From: Deinococcales bacterium
GTDB lineage: Bacteria > Deinococcota > Deinococci > Deinococcales > JAAFIG01
Direction: 5' to 3'
Length of the DNA: 64,000 nucleotides
Assembly (NCBI GenBank): GCA_031414595.1
Contig: JANNVX010000088.1
Span: 64,001 to 128,000 of the forward strand
The stretch's first letter is position 1; each line of letters opens with the position of its first letter. The notes below the pieces were generated by a model. The model was given only the letters and a program-made list of their open reading frames with translations. It had not been told where the DNA came from and did not search any database. A program made the translations under genes and the position numbers. Positions 28,747 to 36,561 of the stretch are shown in pieces.

Positions 28747-28884
28747 ATACCAAGTTGTGTTAATCAGTCGCGTATTTTGACTGATTAACCGACTAAAAGG
28801 AGTGACAAAAGAACCAAATTAACGCATGAACGACAGTTTGACCGTCTTTCTGGTCAAACGAGAGTGATTAAGTTAATTTGGTAT
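28747..28884. mobile_element. 138-bp MITE-like non-coding element with terminal inverted repeats
   Basis: ATACCAA-N6-TTAATCA ... TGATTAA-N6-TTGGTAT; internal hairpins GTTAATCAGTC/GACTGATTAAC and GTTTGACC/GGTCAAAC. Confidence 0.7.
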
Positions 28885-28891
28885 CAGCTAT

Positions 28892-28924
28892 GGGCTATGA
28901 ACTTTGAGACTCATAGCCCTTTTT
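28892..28924. terminator. Hairpin terminator between convergent genes
   Basis: GGGCTATGA-N10-TCATAGCCC-TTTTT. Confidence 0.6.
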
Positions 28925-30206
28925 ACCGCCAAATGTTTAGTGGTGAAGCCGCAATTTTAACCAAGAACCGATACGCTACGTCCAGTGCAGCCCGAACATC
29001 ACCAATTTGTACGGCTTCGCTTGGATGATGCGAAATACCACCAGGGGAACGAATAAAAAGCATAGCGGTACGGGTGATTCCAGCCAGAATCATGGCATCG
29101 TGACCCGCGCCAGATGGTAATTCAAAGCGCTTGCGCCCAGAATCCTCTAAAGCATCGCCTAAAAAACCAAGCAGCATTTCATCGCAGTGGCTTGAGGCTT
29201 GCTCGAGTAAAACGGTGTGACTAAATCCAAGGTCGCGTTTTCGGGCGGTGTGCCAAGCAAAATCGAGCAGTTCTGCCACAGCCCGTTTGCGGGTTGTGTC
29301 CTCGAGATGCCGCACATCTAAACTAAAAGTTACCTGTTCTGGAATGACATTTCCCGCGCCGGGTTGAACTTCTAATATGCCCACCGTAGCCACCAGTCCG
29401 GGCGTGAGTTTGGCAAAACGTTCGACCTCGAGAACCACCTGAGCGGCGGCTACCAGCGCATCCTTACGAAGATTCATCGGGGTTGTTCCAGCATGACCAG
29501 CCTTGCCAGTTAGGGTCAGGCTGGCACGGGTCTGCCCAGCAATACCTTGTACCGCGCCAAGGGCTAGACCTTTGGCTTCTAAGACAGGACCTTGTTCAAT
29601 GTGCAGTTCTAAATAGCCCAAAAGCGCTCCTGCTCGAGCCGAAGCCATATCAAAGGGGTTTAAGCCAAAGTCAGAAATGGCTTTGGCAATACTGACTCCG
29701 TTTGCGTCTTGTTTCTCCAGAATATCTGGGGTAAGCGTCCCAACCACCGCCCGAGAACCAATAAATGGTAGGGCAAACCGCACCCCTTCCTCTTCGGAAA
29801 ACGCAATAATCTCGAGACCAAAAGGCAATGTTGTACCTGTCATTTGTAGCGCTTTGGCAATCGCAATTCCCAGCATCACACCAATAATGCCATCGTACTT
29901 TCCTGCATTTGGCACTGTGTCCACATGCGAACCAATCATTAAGGTGCGTGGGTCGCTTGTTCCCTCGAGTCGCCCAATCACATTGCCAGCCGCGTCTATT
30001 CGCACGGTTAAGCCCGCTTCGCGCATCCACATGGATAAGAGTGTTTGGACTTCTTTCATTGGGTACGACAAAAAAGTACGGGTGATTTTGTCGGCTTCTT
30101 CGCTCAGCAATGCCAAGTCGTCACAGCGTTCGAGAATTTGAGAAACCAGAGTAGACAGAACGCTGCCCTCGAGTGGCACGGGTTGCACAGCAAAATCATA
30201 ATCCAT
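28923..30206 (-). CDS. Allantoate amidohydrolase (M20 Zn-hydrolase)
   Basis: GSHVDTV, GKYDG, EEEGVRF, ELHIEQGP, GHAGTTPM, SGAGHDA. Confidence 0.9.
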   Translation of the reverse strand: MDYDFAVQPVPLEGSVLSTLVSQILERCDDLALLSEEADKITRTFLSYPMKEVQTLLSMWMREAGLTVRIDAAGNVIGRLEGTSDPRTLMIGSHVDTVPNAGKYDGIIGVMLGIAIAKALQMTGTTLPFGLEIIAFSEEEGVRFALPFIGSRAVVGTLTPDILEKQDANGVSIAKAISDFGLNPFDMASARAGALLGYLELHIEQGPVLEAKGLALGAVQGIAGQTRASLTLTGKAGHAGTTPMNLRKDALVAAAQVVLEVERFAKLTPGLVATVGILEVQPGAGNVIPEQVTFSLDVRHLEDTTRKRAVAELLDFAWHTARKRDLGFSHTVLLEQASSHCDEMLLGFLGDALEDSGRKRFELPSGAGHDAMILAGITRTAMLFIRSPGGISHHPSEAVQIGDVRAALDVAYRFLVKIAASPLNIWR

Positions 30207-30289
30207 ACCAAACAGTTTAACTCGAGTTGACACTTTGGGCATTAAGCAAAACAGCATACGTCCCTCGTCAAACCAGCCATAATGCGCCA

Positions 30290-30673
30290 ATGGCAAGTTT
30301 ATTTTTTGGATTATCATGGATTATTTTGGCGGGCTTCGCAGGGCTGTGCATTTGGGCTTTGGTTCATTTATTGCAAAAGAAAACCGAGTTGCCAAAAATG
30401 TTTTTTCTAGCATTGAATATCACCCACATCGTTTATATTGCAGTTCTAACGGCTGGGTTTTTGTCTGGCGGCGGTTCGCTGGGCATCCGCTTTGTGATTG
30501 AATACACGATGCTCTACATTGGCGGCGGAATTATTTACTCGAGGGGCTTAATCGTTGGTGGGTTCTGGTGGAAAATCCTCCGCGACCCACCCAAAGTTGT
30601 ACAAGGGATGGTCATGGCAAATGGCTGGTGTTTTGCGGCGGCGTTGGGCTACTTGGCTCGAGGAGGGCTGTGA
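30290..30673 (+). CDS. Small membrane protein
   Basis: Four hydrophobic segments; CATAAT -10 box 6 nt upstream of ATG. Confidence 0.65.
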   Translation: MASLFFGLSWIILAGFAGLCIWALVHLLQKKTELPKMFFLALNITHIVYIAVLTAGFLSGGGSLGIRFVIEYTMLYIGGGIIYSRGLIVGGFWWKILRDPPKVVQGMVMANGWCFAAALGYLARGGL

Positions 30674-30710
30674 GCGTTGGGCTTTGAGGAAAACTGTAGT
30701 TCTCGAGAAT

Positions 30711-31346
30711 TTAGCGCGGCACAACATGATGCTGCCCGCACCTTGGCTCGTAGGCTTCGGCTGCACCGACCATAATCACGGGGTCATCAAATCGGGCTGG
30801 CATTCCGTTGACCAAACGCTGGGTGCGGGTGGCAGGAGCGCCGCACACGGGGCAAATGGCGGTCAGTTTTTCGACATGCTCGGCTCGAGCCAGTAAATCG
30901 GGCATAATCCCAAATGGCTCACCACGAAAATCGAGGTCGAGTCCGCCACAAATCACACGCACACCGGCTCGAGCCAGTTCTAGTGCCAAAGTAATTACGC
31001 CCGTATCCATAAATTGGGCTTCATCGAAAGCCACCACGTTGGGCAGTTTGACTTCTAACGCATCGGGGTTCTCGAGACCAAACAGGGCGGGTTCTGGGGC
31101 AAGTCCAAGAGCAATGCGTATCTCCAAGGTGTTTCTAACCGCTTGGGCTTCTACAGTGCGTCCAGCGTGACTGGCGATGTTGGTTACATGATAGCGGTCA
31201 TCTATGGCTGGCTTAAACACCCGCACATCTTGCTTGGCAATTAAAGCCCGTGTGACCCGACGGATTAACTCCTCGGATTTACCACTAAACATTGGTCCGC
31301 AGACCACTTCAATATGACCACTGGGAAAAAAAGGCTCGAGAGGCAT
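30711..31346 (-). CDS. tdk: Thymidine kinase
   Basis: GPMFSGKSEEL, DEAQF, GLDLDFRGEPF, zinc-binding CPVC and YEPRC motifs. Confidence 0.96.
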   Translation of the reverse strand: MPLEPFFPSGHIEVVCGPMFSGKSEELIRRVTRALIAKQDVRVFKPAIDDRYHVTNIASHAGRTVEAQAVRNTLEIRIALGLAPEPALFGLENPDALEVKLPNVVAFDEAQFMDTGVITLALELARAGVRVICGGLDLDFRGEPFGIMPDLLARAEHVEKLTAICPVCGAPATRTQRLVNGMPARFDDPVIMVGAAEAYEPRCGQHHVVPR

Positions 31347-31412
31347 GAGGGATGAGTTTAACAAGAGTTGACTCAAAAAGAAAAGCTATTATTCATGTTA
31401 GCCTAGCTTTAT

Positions 31413-32183
31413 ATGGTGTCTGAAGATTCAGTGCTTGTTTGGGAGTCAGGGTCAAAACTCGAGAAGTTCAATCAGCAAATTTCGCTGCCAATCACATACT
31501 CGAGAAAGCAACAAGAACAATTTATTGCTGAGGTTACCCCTGAAATATACACAGGTTTGTATCAGATTTTGGAATCTGAAGGGGTTAAGATTGAAACAAT
31601 TAAGGAAGTCTTAACCATGTGGACAAGTGGAAAATCACGACAACGAGAATCCTTAAAAAATGCTTGGCAATTAGTCATCGAGTATTCATCAAATATAACG
31701 CTGGAAGCCCAAGCCTTACGTGCTTTAATTGTCACTCGCGCTCAGCGTTGGGAATTATTGGCATCTTATTTACAAATCCCTCGTCCAAGTGCGTTTCGGC
31801 TTTATCGTGGTTTTGATTTGATGAATCAACATTTTTCTTCTGAAAGACGCACAGAAATAGTTCGGGATACTGTTAATGATTGGTGTTCTGGTCGTACTGA
31901 ACCGCGTGTCTATCCGCATTCAAATTTAGCTTCATGGGGACTGACACTCGAAGCAACTGAACCATTCCGAAGAACAGAATTAGGCTTAATTTATCAGGCA
32001 GATATTCCATTCGCAGCCACCTTAGCTGATAAATGGATTGATGATTCTGGATTTTTATTAATTCCACAAGAGCTTGAAGTCGTTGTCCTTAACCCAAGAC
32101 TTGGTATCGAAATACAAAGCCGTCATATTCGAGTAGTATTTCAGAATACAGTTTACAATCAATCAAAAGTAAGTCATTTGTAA
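31413..32183 (+). CDS. Hypothetical protein with putative ADP-ribosyltransferase (R-S-E) fold
   Basis: LYRG ... NLASW ... QELEVVV motif order. Confidence 0.55.
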   Translation: MVSEDSVLVWESGSKLEKFNQQISLPITYSRKQQEQFIAEVTPEIYTGLYQILESEGVKIETIKEVLTMWTSGKSRQRESLKNAWQLVIEYSSNITLEAQALRALIVTRAQRWELLASYLQIPRPSAFRLYRGFDLMNQHFSSERRTEIVRDTVNDWCSGRTEPRVYPHSNLASWGLTLEATEPFRRTELGLIYQADIPFAATLADKWIDDSGFLLIPQELEVVVLNPRLGIEIQSRHIRVVFQNTVYNQSKVSHL

Positions 32184-32237
32184 GACGCGTGGTATCGAAA
32201 ATATGGTGTACACTTGTAACAGGTAAGGAGGTATTTT

Positions 32238-32591
32238 GTGGGTCAAGATATAAAACTACAACAGGCATTAGCGCAACTATGGGCAATAGCTGACGATTAT
32301 GATTCACGTGGACTTTTGTCTGCCCCTGATTGCTTTCCGACCATTGGCGCATTTGCCGATGATGCCCCTGATATACATTTTGCTCTACTGAATGGTCTGT
32401 TGGATTCTTCTTTATCAGACAAAACAAACAATACCTTTGAATACGTTGCGTTATTTAGCAGTGCAAAAGCCTTACAGTCATCCATCCCTGATGTCAGTCA
32501 TCAGCCATTTTCTTATTCGGAAAATATGACCCGAAAGTGGAATTCCAAACAATTTAGCTTATCCTATTCCAATGACACTTGGGCAAATTAG
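32238..32591 (+). CDS. Hypothetical protein
   Basis: Strong AAGGAGG RBS before the GTG start. Confidence 0.6.
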   Translation: MGQDIKLQQALAQLWAIADDYDSRGLLSAPDCFPTIGAFADDAPDIHFALLNGLLDSSLSDKTNNTFEYVALFSSAKALQSSIPDVSHQPFSYSENMTRKWNSKQFSLSYSNDTWAN

Positions 32592-32652
32592 TCATTAGAC
32601 GCTTATAAAGCATCTATTTCTTTCTTCAACTAATTGTCTTAAACTACTCCCC

Positions 32653-33444
32653 ATGCCTACGCAGTCTATTCGTTTTGACAATGGTCCTAAGCTCTATCCG
32701 TTCAAAACCGATCTTGAATTTGCTCTGAACTCTCGAGTGGTGGTCAATTCGCGGCGTGGCTTAGAAGTCGCAACTGTGCGAGACACGGCTCGAGGCAATT
32801 CTGAACATGTTGGCGGCGAAATTTTGCGCCAAGCTAACTTAGAGGACATCCAGCGCTGGCAGAAACTCGAGTCTGATGCCAATGACCTCAAATGGTTTTT
32901 ACGCGCCAAGGTGCGTGAGTACCGAATGCCAATCAAAGTTGTGGCGCTCGAGTTTACTTTGGATGGCTCTACCCTGACCGTATCGTACTCGAGTGAAGAA
33001 AAACAAGAATTGCGCCATTTGATTCAGGACTTAAATGCTAAAACTTCGGCTCATATTCATTTTCATCCCGTTGGTGCAAGAGACCAAGCACGGATTTTGG
33101 GGGTTTTGGGGGTCTGCGGGCGCGAAAACTGCTCGAGTCATCATTTACAAGAATTCACACCAGTCACGATTCGCATGTCTCGAGACCAACAACTGCCACT
33201 TAATCCAGAAAAAATCTCGGGTCCGTGTGGGCGTTTACTGTGCTGTTTACAGTACGAACACGAAATGTACATTGATTTACTCAAAGGCTTACCGCGCAAA
33301 GGCGCAAAAGTATGCAGCACCGAAGACGAAAGTATGTGCGGTAAAGTCATGAAAATTAACCCACTAAAACAAACGGTTGAAGTGAAATCCGACGAAGGCG
33401 CTTGGTTTGAAATTGCCAAAGAGAACCTAAAAGCCGTGCGGTAA
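32653..33444 (+). CDS. PSP1-domain protein (RicT/YaaT family)
   Basis: GARDQARILGVLGVCGRENCS, QQLPLNPEKISGPCGRLLCCLQYE. Confidence 0.92.
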   Translation: MPTQSIRFDNGPKLYPFKTDLEFALNSRVVVNSRRGLEVATVRDTARGNSEHVGGEILRQANLEDIQRWQKLESDANDLKWFLRAKVREYRMPIKVVALEFTLDGSTLTVSYSSEEKQELRHLIQDLNAKTSAHIHFHPVGARDQARILGVLGVCGRENCSSHHLQEFTPVTIRMSRDQQLPLNPEKISGPCGRLLCCLQYEHEMYIDLLKGLPRKGAKVCSTEDESMCGKVMKINPLKQTVEVKSDEGAWFEIAKENLKAVR

Positions 33445-33473
33445 TCAAATCACTGCTTTGGTGGCTGTACCAA

Positions 33474-34046
33474 TCACTGCTTTGGGTTGCAATACTCGAG
33501 CCAACCGTTTTTACCCAGCACCCCATTGCTCGAGATGACTAAGCTGTAAGACGCATTTGGTGCTTTGACTGTCGCGTTGCCAATATACATATTAAAAACT
33601 CCAAATTGTCGGTTTGCGGTGATTGGCTTCCCCGTTTTTTGGGCTTGGCTGATGGTCTCAAAAAAGAACTTGGCAAAATCTTTGCTGTTTTGTTCAGTGA
33701 TGCCAAGACAAGCCCCCGCCATGTATGCCATGAGTCCGCCCGAAGCATTGGCAAATTCGGCTAAGTCTTTGGGGGCAGCGTTGTAAGAAACACCAATACT
33801 ATTGGCAATGCCCACATCCTTAAAACCCACTAAGGAAATCCCAAACGGAATGCTATTTTTCTTATTACCGATGTACAAAACACTGTTTTTGTAGGCGGCT
33901 TTTGCACCATTGATGTTCATGGTTTGGGCTGCGCTCATGGCTGTAATCATGCCTGATTTTGTCCATTCGGCTCGTAATGAACGCGCATAGAGTTTCTCGG
34001 CAAACACCAAACTCGAGAGCAATACAATCATAAGAAGATATTTCAT
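33474..34046 (-). CDS. Hypothetical secreted protein
   Basis: Signal peptide; coupled to the upstream gene. Confidence 0.7.
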   Translation of the reverse strand: MKYLLMIVLLSSLVFAEKLYARSLRAEWTKSGMITAMSAAQTMNINGAKAAYKNSVLYIGNKKNSIPFGISLVGFKDVGIANSIGVSYNAAPKDLAEFANASGGLMAYMAGACLGITEQNSKDFAKFFFETISQAQKTGKPITANRQFGVFNMYIGNATVKAPNASYSLVISSNGVLGKNGWLEYCNPKQ

Positions 34047-34585
34047 TTGACGGACACCTCGAGCTTAAATTCGGCGGCGGTAATTTCTTTTGGGGCGCTA
34101 ATTCCAATTAAAACATTTTCATTGCCTTTTGCACCTGTCGAAACATACCGTGTGTGGTCTTGGGTTTGGTTCTTAAAGGGTCTGTCCCACTTAAAATCAG
34201 CTTCACAAGCCCTAATATTTGAGATTTTTGGTGGAACGCGGTAATCGGTTGAACCTGCCATGTAATACCAGAGACTTAGATTCAGATTTGGGTCGGTTGG
34301 AATGACTCGGACAGTAATTTCTCCTATCCCAGAGAACTTGGTCGGAATCGCAAACATTTTGTGTTTGCTGGCAAATTTCCAAGCCTGCAATTGTACAAAA
34401 CATGCCATATCCGAACGCCAAGCCCAAGATAAATCTGGCATCTCCACACCTGTCTCGAGATTGCCGATGATGCTCACAACTTTACCTCGTTCGACTGGAA
34501 TTAAACGCGTTACGGTTTCCGGGTAACTGGTTTGGGCAAAAGCCAATGGTAACAAACAACTGACGATAAGCAACCGAATTTTCAT
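34043..34585 (-). CDS. Hypothetical secreted protein
   Basis: Signal peptide; LSWAWRSDMACF motif; coupled. Confidence 0.7.
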   Translation of the reverse strand: MKIRLLIVSCLLPLAFAQTSYPETVTRLIPVERGKVVSIIGNLETGVEMPDLSWAWRSDMACFVQLQAWKFASKHKMFAIPTKFSGIGEITVRVIPTDPNLNLSLWYYMAGSTDYRVPPKISNIRACEADFKWDRPFKNQTQDHTRYVSTGAKGNENVLIGISAPKEITAAEFKLEVSVK

Positions 34586-34764
34586 ATAAACTCCTTTTGA
34601 ACCATCATCTGATTTTTAGTCCGACTGGAACTGACCTCGAGATACCGCGCCAGTTCTAGCAGGCTCGAGAAGCGCAGGACAACCCCGTTTCCTTCGAGAA
34701 TGGCGCTCCAAGGCTGACCTGTTTTGGCTGGAATGATTTTTAAGTGGTACTCGAGGTCGGACAT
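34582..34764 (-). CDS. Small hypothetical protein
   Basis: 60 aa, WSAILE...RFSSLLELARYLE; lies within the operon. Confidence 0.6.
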   Translation of the reverse strand: MSDLEYHLKIIPAKTGQPWSAILEGNGVVLRFSSLLELARYLEVSSSRTKNQMMVQKEFI

Positions 34765-34769
34765 GGTTA

Positions 34770-36482
34770 TTAGAAAGTTCTTGGACCAAAGGCTTCAAAT
34801 GACTTGGGATCCATTGGCGTGGCGCATGAGCGCAAGCCTGTTTGTACAAAAGTCACGTAGTTCTGACATTCTCGGTAGGTGTAATTCCAGCTTTTGGTGG
34901 TTGTTCCACCACTTGAATCTGTGGCTGTGACCGTAATGGTTTGTTGTTTTGCCACACCGTTTAGTCCACCGTTAATTCTTCTGTCCTCGATGATATGCGG
35001 TCCTGGGTTGGTGGTCGCCCCATTGCCATTGTTGCCAAGTTCCCAAACTACGGTACAGCAACGTATCCCATCTTCGGCATCGTCGGTTTGAATATCGGCT
35101 TTTGGCAAGGTAATGTATTTTGTACCTGCGGGAATACCAGCCAACGGAACTCCATTTACATCTGTATTGACAGCCAATTCGATTTCGTCACCAGCCAGTG
35201 GATACTGAACAATGATGCTCGGTTTGATATTCGGGGCTTCGGCAAGGTCGTAACGTTTCTCAAAGATTTCTTCTTTGACATCAGCCTGAATCAACCCAAA
35301 CATATCTATTTCTAAGCCGATACTGACATCAAATCCGCCTTGCAAAGACCAAGTTGGGGTGCGTGGAAAACCAGCTTCAAATTCTACAAATAAGCCAGCT
35401 GTAACAGTAGGACCACCAATCCCGAAGACCAGCACACTGGCTTCGGCTTCAACTCGAGCTTCGGCGTTCATGTTAATACTGACATCAATCCCAGAAGTCG
35501 TAATATCGTTATCAAAACGGTCATAGGTTCGTAGTGTGCCGTTGTCCAAGGCAATACCAGCCGTGAATTCCATGCGTTGATTGGCGCTCCACTTAAAATT
35601 AACACTGACTTGACCAGTTAGACTCACCTCGAGATCAATTTCTGGTACAAAGGTCAGTGGTATAAATCCAACTGGAATTACAATAATTGGCAGTGGAACA
35701 GTTCCTAGTGGAATGCGTTTATCTAGGGTACGCGATAATTCGCCTTCTACTTTGAGGTTGGTGGTTTGAATCACTTTGACGTTGGTGTCTAAGAATGGCT
35801 TGCTGCACAAAAACCCTTCGCACTTAAAAACAAACATAAACTCGAGGCTAATATCTACGCTGCCAGAAACGCAAACTTGGTCGTTTTTAGTCGAGGTATT
35901 CCCATCCAAGTTGACTGGACAGAAGTTAATCTGAACTGGGAACCCTAGGGCTTGTGGCTTTGCACCTTGAGGCTGCAAAGCCTGTTTTTGACCATTGGGT
36001 AAAATAATGTATTGGGCATCGGATAATTTCATTTTGCGTTGAACACGGAAACCACCCGCCGTGAAAACCTCGTTTAGCTTGCCTTGCACGGTTTTGACCC
36101 GCACAAAACCATTTTCCCTGACCACAGAAGTGATTTTTCTTAAGATTCCACGACGCAATTTAGGTGTTCCTCTGGCAACAATGGTATTTCCAACCTCGAG
36201 TTTGCCACCAGCCGCCAGTAATCCCACGGGGAGTTTGGCTTCTTCAAAGATTACTTCGCCTGTGCTGCGGTCTACTTTGACCACAGCGGCTAACAGGGCT
36301 GCATCTAAAACCACGGCTTTACTCGAGACAGTTGTATCGGTCAGGTTTTTGACATCGGCTGGCAGACCCTCAATAATTGGGGTGGTGTTTGGGTCATCTT
36401 CTGGGGTGATCACTGGGGTTGGTGTGTTACAAGCCGCGAGAATAAAAGCGATAAACAAAGTCAGTGCCAAGATTTTTTTCAT
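34770..36482 (-). CDS. Large beta-rich lipoprotein
   Basis: Lipobox LAAC; GGAG RBS. Confidence 0.8.
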   Translation of the reverse strand: MKKILALTLFIAFILAACNTPTPVITPEDDPNTTPIIEGLPADVKNLTDTTVSSKAVVLDAALLAAVVKVDRSTGEVIFEEAKLPVGLLAAGGKLEVGNTIVARGTPKLRRGILRKITSVVRENGFVRVKTVQGKLNEVFTAGGFRVQRKMKLSDAQYIILPNGQKQALQPQGAKPQALGFPVQINFCPVNLDGNTSTKNDQVCVSGSVDISLEFMFVFKCEGFLCSKPFLDTNVKVIQTTNLKVEGELSRTLDKRIPLGTVPLPIIVIPVGFIPLTFVPEIDLEVSLTGQVSVNFKWSANQRMEFTAGIALDNGTLRTYDRFDNDITTSGIDVSINMNAEARVEAEASVLVFGIGGPTVTAGLFVEFEAGFPRTPTWSLQGGFDVSIGLEIDMFGLIQADVKEEIFEKRYDLAEAPNIKPSIIVQYPLAGDEIELAVNTDVNGVPLAGIPAGTKYITLPKADIQTDDAEDGIRCCTVVWELGNNGNGATTNPGPHIIEDRRINGGLNGVAKQQTITVTATDSSGGTTTKSWNYTYRECQNYVTFVQTGLRSCATPMDPKSFEAFGPRTF

Positions 36483-36512
36483 GTGCTTCTCCTTTTACTT
36501 AGTTTGCCTAAG

Positions 36513-36534
36513 TTGCGTTTCATTTGCGTTTCAT
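36513..36534. promoter_or_regulatory. Perfect 11-bp direct repeat TTGCGTTTCAT x2; putative SARP-type operator
   Basis: Lies between the divergent SARP regulator and the lipoprotein operon. Confidence 0.65.
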
Positions 36535-36561
36535 GGGAAAAGCCTGAATCGTTGTAGGCTA

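Noticed and set aside
30207-30317. N-terminal extension of allantoate amidohydrolase
   Set aside because: It overlaps the divergent gene; a -10 box supports the start at 30206.
36061-36561. N-terminal extension of the 1120-aa ORF
   Set aside because: It is antisense to the lipoprotein gene; the SARP domain begins at about 36562-36568.
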